DNA of 63,413 nt, the filler included, from Stramenopiles sp. TOSAG23-2 (taxonomy: Eukaryota), in assembly GCA_900128395.1 (NCBI GenBank). It is 4 parts of 4 records of this genome, joined end to end, with 100 filler letters (N's around TTAATTAATTAA, not from the genome) between each part and the next. Parts side by side here need not be neighbours in the genome. Positions count along the whole stretch, not along the records: positions 1 to 15,887 come from LT649693.1; 3 more parts are not named here. One strand, 5' to 3'. The position numbers and the translations under genes are program-made. Under the pieces are notes generated by a model. The model ran no database searches and was not told the origin of the DNA. It worked only from the letters and a program-made list of their open reading frames with translations. Shown one piece after another: positions 1-11,715 of the stretch (position 1 is its first letter; the number at the start of each line of letters is the position of its first letter).

Positions 1-48
1 GTTTATACGCGAACGTGGGAAACGTGTTGAAATCATGGAAACCATGAA

Positions 49-1902
49 TTGTTAGTTCGAAGATCTACTATAGCAAGGAAAAAGGAGGTAAAATTAAGCA
101 AAAGAATCTTGGGAACGGTGGATCAACTGATGGTTGATCTTTGTATGAGCGAGCGCTTAGCAGAAGAAAATTGTGCCGTTGTTCAAGATAATATTAAAAA
201 ATATAAATGTATCCCGGAAGCTTTGCCATTAATCGTAAATTCAGTGGATGTGAAAAATAAAAAGATGGTGGACAATATGCATAACATTTTGAGGAACTGG
301 GGTGAAATTGAGTTACACACAGCATTAAATTTATTAACTTCAGCAGATCCTCTTGCAAGAGCATTTGCAGTCGAACGATTGGACAGCATATTAGACGATC
401 GTATGATGATGGTACATATGTTACAATTGGTTCAGGCATTGAAAATGGAACCATGTCATGATAGTGCATTGGCACGGTTTCTTCTACGTCGTTCGATTAA
501 GAATAAAGCATATGTTGGCCATGCATTGTATTGGGGATTGCAAGCAGAAATGCATCGGCCGGAAGCTATGGAAAGATATGGTCTACTAATTAGCATCTTT
601 TTACGTCATTGTGGTGATTATAGAAATGGTATTGGCCATCAATGTTTTTTCATGCAAAAATTACAAAATGCACAAATTAAAATCAAGGCAATGTCTTCGA
701 AGCAAAAACAAAAAGCAGAAATGTTTAAGCAAATAAAATTGATGGCCGATGTGTTACCAGAGTCGTTTAAATTACCACTGCGTGGAAATGCCGTCATTAA
801 AACATTGGTTCCGGAAAAATGTCGTGTAATGAGCTCTAAAATGAAACCTATATGGTTGAATTGTAAGACCAATACTGATCAAACCTACATGGTCTTATTT
901 AAAGCTGGGGATGATCTTCGACAAGATCAATTAACATTGCAATTATTGTATATTTTCGATGATTTATGGCGTCAGCATGCAGCAATTGATACCACACCGA
1001 AAATTGCTTCTTGGGAGAGAAAAAACGCGTTTGATTTAAACATGACACCATATGGTTGCGTAGCAACAGGGGATGAGGTTGGCTTGATTGAAATTGTTAA
1101 AAATGCAAATACAGTTGCAGGCATATTAGCTTGTGCGGGAAATGAAGACAAAGGGCGGCCAAAGGAAATGTCTTTGTACGATGCAGCTACGGGACAAACA
1201 GTAGCTGCAAAATATTCAATCAGAAAATGGCTGTATTTACAAACAACACCAAATGTTTCGCTGGAAGAATTGGAGAAAGAGGAAATGCAGGTTAGAATGC
1301 TAGAAATGCAATCGGCACTAGTCGATGAGGATTTGCAACAAGCCGAAATGGAAAAATTATATCCATTAACAAAGGAAGTTGAAGAAAAATTTATGCTTTC
1401 CTGTGCTGGTTATTGCGTGGCAACTTACGTTCTAGGTATAGGTGATAGACATCCCTCTAACTTGATGGTAACACGCGATGGTAGATTTTTGCATATTGAT
1501 TTTGGCCATTTCTTAGGTAATTTTAAAACGAAATTTGGTTATAAACGAGAAACTGCACCGTTTGTTTTTATTCCACAATTTGCTGTAGTATTTGGTGCAA
1601 ATAATGCTAATGGTGGCAATTTCATGTATCGTACTTTCGAAGATATATGTGTAAATGCATATGCTATATTACGTAAGAATTTTGTACTGATAGCGACTTT
1701 GTTCAATTTAATGATATCCTCTGGTTTACCCGAATTACGTGATCGAAAAGATGTACAGTGGTTACGTGATAAGCTATGTCCAGAATTATCGCAAAACGAT
1801 GCAGATAACAGAATGAGAAAAGATATCGATGCTTCATATAAAGATGAAAGAACTTCAGTTAATATTTATGCTCATCTTCAGAGACACTATGGGGGAAAAT
1901 AA
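49..1902 (+). CDS. Phosphoinositide 3-kinase catalytic subunit, class I-like; 5'-partial (helical and kinase domains)
   Basis: Helical PIK domain (EALPLIV..ALNLL..RAFAVERL..LQLVQALKME), SKMKPIWL, FKAGDDLRQD, GIGDRHPSN, HIDFGHFLGNFKTKFGYKRETAPF (class I-type basic activation loop). No ATG start at the contig edge. An in-frame TGA at 28-30 means the upstream join is unresolved. Confidence 0.93.
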   Translation: MLVRRSTIARKKEVKLSKRILGTVDQLMVDLCMSERLAEENCAVVQDNIKKYKCIPEALPLIVNSVDVKNKKMVDNMHNILRNWGEIELHTALNLLTSADPLARAFAVERLDSILDDRMMMVHMLQLVQALKMEPCHDSALARFLLRRSIKNKAYVGHALYWGLQAEMHRPEAMERYGLLISIFLRHCGDYRNGIGHQCFFMQKLQNAQIKIKAMSSKQKQKAEMFKQIKLMADVLPESFKLPLRGNAVIKTLVPEKCRVMSSKMKPIWLNCKTNTDQTYMVLFKAGDDLRQDQLTLQLLYIFDDLWRQHAAIDTTPKIASWERKNAFDLNMTPYGCVATGDEVGLIEIVKNANTVAGILACAGNEDKGRPKEMSLYDAATGQTVAAKYSIRKWLYLQTTPNVSLEELEKEEMQVRMLEMQSALVDEDLQQAEMEKLYPLTKEVEEKFMLSCAGYCVATYVLGIGDRHPSNLMVTRDGRFLHIDFGHFLGNFKTKFGYKRETAPFVFIPQFAVVFGANNANGGNFMYRTFEDICVNAYAILRKNFVLIATLFNLMISSGLPELRDRKDVQWLRDKLCPELSQNDADNRMRKDIDASYKDERTSVNIYAHLQRHYGGK

Positions 1903-2132
1903 TTTTTTTTAGTGCAGTAGATATCATTATTTATAAAAAGTATTTTTTTGAAATTTTTATTATACATGCTTATATATTAATATGTGTGCGTAAATTACGT
2001 AAAAAAAAAATATATTTTTTCGTATAAAAAATAAGACTGTTATACTCTCGTACCATATGATATACTCCACATTTTTAAATATACGAATTCGTACATTATT
2101 TTTTTATAAAAAATATACGTGCGTAAAAAACT

Positions 2133-2510
2133 TTAGTTGGCCAACCATTTCATAGAAATTTTCACAGCGTTAGGACTATTTTTTACAACTGAAATAAAAT
2201 ACAACTCTAATGCTCTCCGCCGTCTTTCTAAAAATTCTGCTTTTATGGAACCATGAGGGGAACACGTTTTCGGTGGCAAATTATTAACAGCTATATTTTC
2301 TTTTTCTAACATATTATGTAAGTGGCAAAAATCGCTATATCGTTTTTCTATATCTTTTACTTCATCACCATATTTTATTAATATATGATAAACAGCAAAA
2401 TTTTCAACAGCTTCAACATTATCAATACTAAGAGTAAAATGCTCTTTCCCAAATCTTGAACTCCACTCCGAGGCATCAAAATATATTGTACAAGGTAACG
2501 GTTCATTCAT
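2133..2510 (-). CDS. Small PX (phox homology) domain protein
   Basis: VYHILI...KRYSDFCHLHNML...LPPKT...FLERRRRALELYF is the PX signature. Confidence 0.85.
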   Translation of the reverse strand: MNEPLPCTIYFDASEWSSRFGKEHFTLSIDNVEAVENFAVYHILIKYGDEVKDIEKRYSDFCHLHNMLEKENIAVNNLPPKTCSPHGSIKAEFLERRRRALELYFISVVKNSPNAVKISMKWLAN

Positions 2511-2941
2511 TTTATCTGTAGAATTCTCTTTCTAGGAATCAAAGAACAATATTAATTCTAAAATTAACCGTATCTTGTATCTGTAAAAATGATGATGTGA
2601 GTTGAGATATATATCTATAAACATTCTATATAATTATATCATAAACTGTAATGTATAAAAAATAATTATTACTACAGTAGTAGATAATATTAAATAGCAC
2701 AACAATACTATAAGCTACTATACTATCTATTATACTGGACTATATTATACTACAAAATAATATACGTTATATATTAATTCTAATAATAATAATAAAAAAA
2801 ACATGATTATCTATTCTATTCCATTCCATTTAATTTTCATTTACGTGTTTGATATATCATCACAACTAAATAAAAAAAAAAGCTGTTGATAAAAGCAAAA
2901 TAATTTCTCTCAGTAACCTGTTCTCCCTTATTTATGCAATC

Positions 2942-3263
2942 ATGTCATTAAGAAGAGATCCGGCAAAGTCAAATTTGTCAATGGAAGAGGAACATGAGTT
3001 GCAAGGATTAATATCAGATGCTATGGGATTTTGTAGAGAAGGAAATTATGAACAAACTGAAGCTTTATTAAGTGCTGCATTAGGATATGTCGTGAACGAT
3101 AATGTGCGTCGTGCATCTATTTTGCGCAAAATGTCTATCTTGTATGAGCAGCAAGATCGTGTAGATGAAAGTCATAGCTGTTGGGAGACGGCGAAAAGAT
3201 TAGAGAATGAAAAAAGTTTCGGTCGTTCAGAAAGATTAATGGAATTTTTGAAGCCTGATTACG

Positions 3264-3299
<36 letters not shown>

Positions 3300-6200
3300 C
3301 CATAGGGGAGCAATTAATGGAGCAAAAGGAACAGCAAGAATCAGCTGTTAAAGATCAACCAGCTATGTCCAAAGAAGATATCAAAGCATTAATTGCAAAA
3401 ACTATACGCAAAAATTCCCATCCTGGCTACAAAGAGCAAGTAGTAGCAAACGAAAGGTTCATAACATCCGTCGTATCAATGTGTAAAGAGGAAACAAAAG
3501 ATTTTAATGAACAAAACGAGTTAAAAAAAAATAAACAGGCGTTGGCTGTAGCATTGAAAAATATAAAACCGGGTGAAATAGTAAATAATAACGATTACGA
3601 TATTCTATGGCATGAAAATAGAGATATGAAATCACTAGCAGGTGGTCGAAAGAGGCGTCGTAGGAGAAGACGAGTTGTTGGTAGAAGAAAAGAAAAGAAA
3701 CAATCGGTTGAAGATTTAAAGAAAATTATTCGTAGTCCAAAAACTCAAGATATTGCTGGTCAAGCTGCATTAACCTTAGCAATTAGATATGTAAAACAAA
3801 AACAGCCTAAAATGGCATATAAATTTTATAGAAAATCAATACAAAAAGAACGGATCGAAAACAAAGAATTAGTGGAGGAATCATTAGAATTAAAAGTAGC
3901 AAGTAAACGTTGGAGAGGATTAAAAGAGAGGAGGGAGGGAGAGGAAGCTATTGTTGAAAACCATGCAGGTGTTGATGATAGTGATAGAATTATTTTAAAT
4001 TCTTTACGTGGTGTATGGGAATTATTAATTAAAAGTCCAATTGCTGCATTTGATGTTCGAAAAGTACAATTAGCAACAACGACACAAGTTGAAAGTGCTA
4101 GATTGTGGTCTCCAAATCCACCTGTAGATGAAAATACACCAAAATACATATTTTGCGCCGCTCCAATTTGTGCCCATTTTTCCCGTCTTTGGCTTGCACA
4201 ATTTCCACAGTTGGAAAAAGAATTAACAGAAAGAAGATCCTGGAGATCTGGTGCAGCGGAGCAACGCCGCAAATCGTTGAAGTATTTTATAAGTAAAATG
4301 TATGGCGTTGTTTTCGGTCCATGCGGCGACTTACTAGCTGAAGTTTTTGAAGAAGTATTAGAAACTAGAGAGGATGGTTTAGATATTGTGTTATTGAAAG
4401 CAGCTGCTAATTTCTACGTTCGTCGACGACATTTTAGGCGTTCACAAGAACTTTTTGCTAGAGCATTAGCAATAGAACGTGGTGAGACACGAATGAGGGA
4501 TGTTAAGTTGAGATCATGGGGTGAGCCTTCCTTACATAGCGTCTTGCATATTGATAATTCGTTAGCAAAATATGTTGAGAAATTGCCTGAATTAATTTTA
4601 AAAGCAACAGAACATGAAACGATGAAATTGCTTGATGAAGCTCCTGACACTGGTAGATCTGGAACAACAGAATTGAAGCGAAGTAAAACGGAGAAATTTG
4701 GGACGTTTGGTGAATTTGGAGATCCACTATCGGATACTTGGGATAATGCATTGGCAAGTCCTGGCATAAGTGATTCTGTGTACAAATTAAATAAAAGAGA
4801 TGATCGTTTGGTCATCCCAACTACCATCGGGCGTGAAAGAGATGGCGATCCCTTTTTACAAGCTGTAGGTGTTTCTGGCAGAGAAGTCAGCGCTACTGGA
4901 GGTGTACAAATATTGACTAAGCTACATGCAGTAGATATCAAGCGTGGTGGTATGAAACAAAAAATACCAGATGATATGAGTGAAAAGCGTAGAATGGATG
5001 GACAAAAGTTATTATGGCGTTCATTTACTGGTCATAAACCAACAGTTAAATCAACCCCACAAGGTCGCATCGAAAAAAAAGATGGAATTAGATCTAAATG
5101 GTATGGTGAACCAAAGCGTACATGGATGAAATCGTATCAAAATGAAGCCAGTGAAAAAGTACCAGATTACATGACGAAGAAAATGCCTGAAGATATTCCA
5201 CCACCTGTGATTGAAAAACAACTAGAAGAAATATACGGTGGTGGTGGAATTGGAACACGACCAACAACTACAAATACAACGACGACAGAAAAAATAATCA
5301 CATCAACATTAAATGTTTTTGATACTGATGTTGAAAATAAAAACTATGACGCTTTGAATGATAAAAATGATAACCAAAGTAGTAATATCGGAAATGGAAA
5401 TACCGTTTTCGATCAAAGAAACAATCCTAACGTCAACGATGGTCATCGAAGCAGATCACCATCAACACGTTTTTCAAATAGACAAAGCGGAAATAATCGG
5501 GACCAACCAACACCATCTACCCGTGGTAGCGAATATTTAAACAAAACTAATAGATTAGAACAGTTAAGAGAATCGGCAAGGAGGCAAGTGCGACAAATGG
5601 TTCATGCTGAAAGACAAGCAATTTCACGCTCAACTGCACATTCATCCAGAGCACGGTCGCCGTCTCCTACAAAACCTGGCGGTATGGCATCGTGGTGGCT
5701 GGACGAAGACGGTGGATTGGAATTAGAAATGCCTTTACATCATCCAAATAGTCGACCTGGCACTGATGTAAGTGGGATGATCCCAGTGGCCAGCATTGCT
5801 TCTCGTGGTAATACAGCTAGCACTCTTGGCGGTAGCAGCAAGCATACTTTAGCCTCTCGAGGTAGAGATATTTACAGTTCACATTCTACGCAACATAATA
5901 ATATGCCAGTGACGCCAAGTGGTATACCTAATAATGTACCGGTAAGAACGAGAACAATGTCAAGGGAAAATGTTTTACGAACACCTTACGATCAACGTCC
6001 GAAAGATTCGTTAGATATGTTATTTGATTCCAGACCTTCGACACGGCAAACCGATATAGAATCAAGAGGTGGAAGTGCAACGCAAGGAACAAGACGACTA
6101 GCTGTTAGTAAAAGTCAACCAAATATCCCAGTCATGTCGGTTACTATTGGCATGGATTCTCAAGATGACAGCCAAGTCACAGATTCTGTAAATAATTCCC

Positions 6201-6415
6201 CTAATAAAATGGCATATCTACTTGATAATTCTATTAGTAAAAACATAGTTGATACAAGCATCAAAGTAAATATGAATCAAAACAATCATGATGCGCAAAG
6301 AAAAGTTGCTACAAGTCAAAGCAACATGCAGGCAACAGATTCATCTGGTGCAAAACAATTAAGTAGGAAAGAGGTTTTAAAAACAATGGGCGTTTTAAGA
6401 AGTGTTGGGATGTAA
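2942..6415 (+). CDS. Large protein with TPR-like helical repeats and a disordered S/R/T-rich C-terminus
   Basis: 1157-aa ORF; TPR-like segments (GNYEQTEALLSAAL, AYKFYRKSI, SQELFARALAI); poly-N and poly-R tracts. Confidence 0.65.
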
Positions 6416-6440
6416 AATTTACTTTTTCAAATATTTATAT

Positions 6441-6529
6441 TGGTTATAAAATCTACGTAAAGTTATAATAGTTTTTACTTCTCATGGTAAATAATATGCT
6501 CAATACTCAATCTCGAGAATAAATATTCT
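6441..6529 (+). repeat. Copy of dispersed intergenic repeat module A, running into a scaffold gap
   Basis: TGGTTATAAAATCTA..GTTATAATAGTTTTTACTTCTCATGGTAAAT..ATGCTCAATACTCAATCTCGAGAATAAATAT closely matches 12116-12204. Confidence 0.85.
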
Positions 6530-6584
6530 NNNNNNNNNNNNNNNNNNNNNNNNNNNNNNNNNNNNNNNNNNNNNNNNNNNNNNN
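6530..6584. other. Scaffold gap (55 N)
   Basis: N run with no linker sequence, directly after a repeat copy. Confidence 0.98.
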
Positions 6585-6767
6585 CTCTAATGCACGTCTG
6601 CAAACTAATACTCCACAAGCACGAGTAGGTTTCTATCCTTCCTGCACTCAAATATTTTATAATAAAAAAAAATATTAAAAAATCATTTTTACAAATATTT
6701 CCTTTTTTCTTTTTCAACTTTTTGTGTGTTTTTTCTTTTTTTTAAATTTGAAGAAAATTTACCACAT

Positions 6768-7460
6768 TTACGCCATGCGTTTTGTTCTGATTTTTTTAAT
6801 AATATTAACACATGATTGCTCCAAGCTATAGACATTTTTGCTTAACATGTCAATTTCAAATTGTAATTTGTGGACATTATTATTTTTTTTTTCGTCGTTG
6901 ATTAATCTCAATTTTCGTTGCGTAACTTCTATTTCACTTCTTTTTTCTATAATTTTTTGATTGGCTTCATCATTTTGAAGTGCAATACTTTTTGTTAAAA
7001 AAACGCTATTCATTAATTTTCTTTGCAATGTCTTATTTTCGCTTTTTTCATCTTTCTTAATAAATTGTGAAAGCTTGTTGTTACTACTAAAAGTGTTGCT
7101 GTGTACTTTGATTTTTAATGAATTTATTTTTTTTTGTCTATTGTACAAAGTTTTGAATTGGTTTGTCAATAAAATTGAGTTGCTTAATTCATGATCATGT
7201 TTAATAGATAGTAAATGAGCTTCGTGGATTAAGTTCGCCTTTTTCTTTTTCAATTCTGCTAACTTTGCCAACCAATCATTCAAATAATATTTCTCTTGAT
7301 GTAACACTTGTTGTCGTTGTTTTTCTTGGTGATTTTTTTTATCTTGAACTACTTGTTGTAGTTTTATTTTATATTCAATTTGGTCAACTTTTTTTTCTAA
7401 TTCTTCAACGTATCGCGTAAGCATATCCGCTATTTTCATATCAGTATTGTTGTGATCCAT
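6768..7460 (-). CDS. Hypothetical coiled-coil protein
   Basis: 230-aa ORF with ATG start; K/Q/E/L-rich heptad pattern. Confidence 0.6.
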   Translation of the reverse strand: MDHNNTDMKIADMLTRYVEELEKKVDQIEYKIKLQQVVQDKKNHQEKQRQQVLHQEKYYLNDWLAKLAELKKKKANLIHEAHLLSIKHDHELSNSILLTNQFKTLYNRQKKINSLKIKVHSNTFSSNNKLSQFIKKDEKSENKTLQRKLMNSVFLTKSIALQNDEANQKIIEKRSEIEVTQRKLRLINDEKKNNNVHKLQFEIDMLSKNVYSLEQSCVNIIKKIRTKRMA

Positions 7461-8441
7461 GTTTTTGTTTCTGTCTTTTTCTATTCCTTCGTTTGAATAT
7501 GTATGTATGTATGTATGTATCTACCTGTGTTACATATATATCTACGGCGTATGACACATTGATGATTGTGTTTATTGAATCTTGAATGTGTACCTTGAGG
7601 TCCAAAATAATAATAAATTGAAATAATAATAATAAATAGTAAAAGTATATATACGCACACATACCTTATACAGTACCTGGTAAAATTACATGGTGCGCGT
7701 CGTGCAAAGTTAAATATAATTAGAATAAGGTGATAGGATAGGAAAATCAGCAACATATTTTGATAGGAATAATACAATTCCAGAATATACACAACAAGTA
7801 CAAAACCACTCTATCCACATCAAGTTCATCCGCGTCTCTTCTCAAGTTCTCAGCACCTCAGTCTATTAAATAAGTCTAACCAGCTAAGTCCACACAGACT
7901 TTTTTTTACAGAAATTGTGTTGTGTTGCCGTGGTTTGCTGGTTAATTCACAATAATAATCGTCTATCTATAGTCTAATAGTACCTGGTAATAGCTATAAA
8001 ATTGTTCCGTTGTCGACACACTTCGACACTTTAACTTCGACATTCGACACAAAACAACAAACAAACACACAAACTCTATATCACTTCTGTTCAATGGTGT
8101 GACAATGCTATTTCGCAGTCTATAATCACTGGTCTATTATCTTTCCAGGCTTTATTATTATAGCGTTGTTATAATTAGTGTGCCAATACATCCGGTATCT
8201 ATATATCTATAAATAAATTATTGCGTGTAGACAAACACAAAGTTTTTCACAACATATTACATAATTGTCAAGTCGAATTAGCAACCACCACTTAATTTAT
8301 CCTTTGTTAAGTTAAGAAAAAGAATATTTTTTTTCATATCTTCTCAAAGAGACTTAATTTATATATATATTTATAGATATTCATAGACTGTCACGTTGTC
8401 ATATTATTGTCATTGTTAAAATATTATCTTGTATTATTATT

Positions 8442-11400
8442 ATGGGCAGTGCTGCTACAAAACCTAAGAAACAAATCTCTCCCAACGGCACGGGCGGGAG
8501 AGAAAAACTCAAGAGGCGCCAGTCTATGTCAAAATTAAAGACAGGCACATCTATGACTGGGGGATACCGTCTCCCAAAAACGGGAAAGTTGTCAGAAAAT
8601 TACTTTAAATCTATTTTTGCAATGCGTACCGTGCCACGAGTAACAACGAATGAGGTTGAGGCTTTACTAACTTGTTGGGAAAGACATAGTAAAATAATAA
8701 GTGATGCCGTATATCCAGAAAATCGAGAAAGGGTTTTCCCATCGAAATTGCCAAAATTTGTACTAGATCAGGTTGCAAATGGTGATTTGTCCTTTGGCAC
8801 GTTGAAACTTTCGACTGAGTTTGTTGATTTTTTTGAAGTCAAAAGAGATTTAGAGCTTTGTAAAAGTGCCTTAGCACGTGCTATTGCACAAGTACCAGTT
8901 GTAAAAAAACTTGATTTGTTCGATATCGGCATATCGGAAAATGCTGCAACACAAGTGTTATTATGCATGGAGGACCAAATTGAAATATCTGGTGCTGTTT
9001 CAAACGAAAGAGTACAACGTGCTTTACGTACGGAGAAATTAGTATTAAAAAATTCACCGTCTACTTCTCCACAACCGTCATTCTCCAAAAACACAGGAAT
9101 GACAGAAGGTGGTAAATATGTAGTAAAATCACCACCTGTTAAATATCAAAATTACAAAGCATTAGCAGAGGCATTAGACGGCAAAGTTCAATTAGAAAAT
9201 GAGCCAATTTATTATTTAGAAAGATTAGTCATACCACGAGGAAACGTTGCGAAAAAAAAAATTACCCCATTAGAAAGACGAGGGAGTCAACTTTTCAATT
9301 TTAGTAAGGCTGCCTTTGGTGTAGGCGAATCTGCTTTCCACAATCAGGCAGAAAAGAAAAAATCTTCACAAAGATTTTCAGAAATAGAAATTACGGAAAA
9401 ATTATCCCAGATCTTTAAACATATTGAAGATGCAGGATCCAAGTTATTTACATGTAATGCTAAATTAGAAGCAAGACGAAGCTTTCAGAAAATCGATGAA
9501 GATGGTTCAGGAGAAATTGATAAGAGCGAATTAACAAATGCATTAAAAGAATTAGGAATGGAAGTTACGACAGAATTAGTTAGTGACGTAATGACATTTG
9601 TTGATAAGGATGGAGATGGAACGGTCTCAGAAGAAGAGTTTGTAAAGGCTATTGCAAAAAGATCAACACGCCGAACAACAGAAGAAAGGGTACATAAACA
9701 TCTGATAGATTTAGTCCCAAAGCATCATCATAAACAGACCTATTCCATACACCCCCATAGCGATTTTATGCATATGTGGGATTTAATAGTTGTCTTTTTC
9801 TTAATATGGACAGCAACGATCACAATATTTGAAATTTGTTTCTTGGAGGTGTCCTTTGAAATAGATTTTTTGTTTGTTGTGAATCGGCTAATAGATGTGA
9901 TTTTCATTACAGATATGATTATGCACTTTTTTTTAATGATAGAAAGAAAAAATTCGAATACAATGATAACAGATTTAAAAACCATTGGTCTTACATACTT
10001 GAAAAGCGCATTTTTAATCGATTTAATTTCTAGTATCCCCTACGATTTAATCGGAATGGGGGAGACAGGTGGCAGCGACGCCGTCTCCTCACTTCGTTTT
10101 TTCCGTCTGTTACGTTTAATACGTTTGTTGAAATTGACTAGGCTCGTCAAAGGTGTCCGCATTATAAAACGATGGCAAGATTTATATGGTGTCACCGTGA
10201 AATATAGTGTACAACAGATTCTTAAATTCATGATTTTCATGTTTATAATATGTCATTGGATCGCATGTATATGGAAATTTGTTACAGTTTTTAACAGGGA
10301 TGAAAGTTGGTTAGTGAAAGACGAATATTTAGAAAAAACCACAGCCGAATTATATTTCATTTGCTTTTATTGGTCGTTACAAACTATCTCAACAATAGGA
10401 TATGGTGATGTTGCAAATCCAGGAAATCTTACAGAGCGTATGATCGCGATTGGTGCTATGATCATCGGTTCCATTGTCTGGGCGTATCTTATGGGGGTAA
10501 TTGTTAGTAATGCTGTATCATTGAATAAATTGGAGCAAGATCATCATCAACGTATGGATAATTTAGAAGTATTCATGGATGAAAAACAATTAGATTTTCA
10601 TTTAAGAAAGCGTTTACGGTATTATTTTCGGAGAAGACGGTCATTAGACACCATGGAACAATTTCAAGATCTGTTGCGTTCTATGTCTCCTTCATTACGT
10701 GGTGATGTTGCCTTGTCTATTACGTCTAAATGGTTACCAAAAGTACCGTGGTTGCGCAGTGGTGAGAAAAATTTTGTGACGAGTATTGCCTTGAATTTAA
10801 AGCCAGAAATTTATCCACCTACTGAAATGATCTCTGGAGAAACATTTCATGTTATATCAAGGGGTATAGCGATCAAAGACATGAGGGTATATTGTGGAGG
10901 TATGGTGTGGGGTTTAGACATGATCTTAGCAAATCGTAAATTAAGGAGAATGAAGCCTGCAATTGCATTAACATTTTTGGAGACCAGCTCATTAAGCCGC
11001 GGAGATTTCATGCATGTGTTAGAGAGATTTCCACAAGAGAAAAAAAAGGTGAGACATACTGTAATATGGCTAGCATTTCGTAGAAAATTTACGGCGCATG
11101 CACAAGAAGTTGAAGCCATGACGGATCAATTAAGTCGTGTGTTACGGCGAGACGCATTAAATGGAGCGATGGATATTAGGGATACATTTAAAAAATGTGA
11201 TGTCAACGGTGATGGAGAGCTTGATTTTGTTGAATTCAGTGATGGTTTGCGGTCAATTGGTTTTAACCCATCACATGATGTGTTAGAGAACTTGATGATA
11301 AGATTTAAAGGAGAAAATGATAAAGATCGTATAAGCATAGGAAGTTTCTTAGAATTTTTTGCCGTTCATCACCGTCCAAAACGTCACGATTTGGACACAT

Positions 11401-11660
11401 TACCTTTGTTACAGAGGCGTAAAACACTTTTAGGCGTTACCAATAATTTAGCGAACCAAGGTTCGATTATTGATGCAGAAACGCTGAGGCGAGAAAAGTC
11501 TATGGGAGTTCCATCCGAACAAATTGCTTCAGTTACTACAGAGCATACGAAACATATCATAAACCAAAGCGAACAGATTAAAACTTTGAATAATGAATTA
11601 GGTTCAATGAAAGATATGTTGCAAGTTTTAATAAACAAAAGTAGTGATATACAAAATTAG
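8442..11660 (+). CDS. Voltage-gated K+ channel of the CNBD (EAG/HCN/CNG-like) superfamily with EF-hands
   Basis: S4 RFFRLLRLIRLLKLTRL; pore TISTIGYGD; C-linker and degenerate CNBD; EF-hands DEDGSGEIDKSE, DKDGDGTVSEEE and DVNGDGELDFVE; N-terminal MGSAATK. Confidence 0.9.
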   Translation: MGSAATKPKKQISPNGTGGREKLKRRQSMSKLKTGTSMTGGYRLPKTGKLSENYFKSIFAMRTVPRVTTNEVEALLTCWERHSKIISDAVYPENRERVFPSKLPKFVLDQVANGDLSFGTLKLSTEFVDFFEVKRDLELCKSALARAIAQVPVVKKLDLFDIGISENAATQVLLCMEDQIEISGAVSNERVQRALRTEKLVLKNSPSTSPQPSFSKNTGMTEGGKYVVKSPPVKYQNYKALAEALDGKVQLENEPIYYLERLVIPRGNVAKKKITPLERRGSQLFNFSKAAFGVGESAFHNQAEKKKSSQRFSEIEITEKLSQIFKHIEDAGSKLFTCNAKLEARRSFQKIDEDGSGEIDKSELTNALKELGMEVTTELVSDVMTFVDKDGDGTVSEEEFVKAIAKRSTRRTTEERVHKHLIDLVPKHHHKQTYSIHPHSDFMHMWDLIVVFFLIWTATITIFEICFLEVSFEIDFLFVVNRLIDVIFITDMIMHFFLMIERKNSNTMITDLKTIGLTYLKSAFLIDLISSIPYDLIGMGETGGSDAVSSLRFFRLLRLIRLLKLTRLVKGVRIIKRWQDLYGVTVKYSVQQILKFMIFMFIICHWIACIWKFVTVFNRDESWLVKDEYLEKTTAELYFICFYWSLQTISTIGYGDVANPGNLTERMIAIGAMIIGSIVWAYLMGVIVSNAVSLNKLEQDHHQRMDNLEVFMDEKQLDFHLRKRLRYYFRRRRSLDTMEQFQDLLRSMSPSLRGDVALSITSKWLPKVPWLRSGEKNFVTSIALNLKPEIYPPTEMISGETFHVISRGIAIKDMRVYCGGMVWGLDMILANRKLRRMKPAIALTFLETSSLSRGDFMHVLERFPQEKKKVRHTVIWLAFRRKFTAHAQEVEAMTDQLSRVLRRDALNGAMDIRDTFKKCDVNGDGELDFVEFSDGLRSIGFNPSHDVLENLMIRFKGENDKDRISIGSFLEFFAVHHRPKRHDLDTLPLLQRRKTLLGVTNNLANQGSIIDAETLRREKSMGVPSEQIASVTTEHTKHIINQSEQIKTLNNELGSMKDMLQVLINKSSDIQN

Positions 11661-11715
11661 TCGAATAGATTTTTCACACATATATGATATACGTAAATTA
11701 AAGATCAACATTAAT

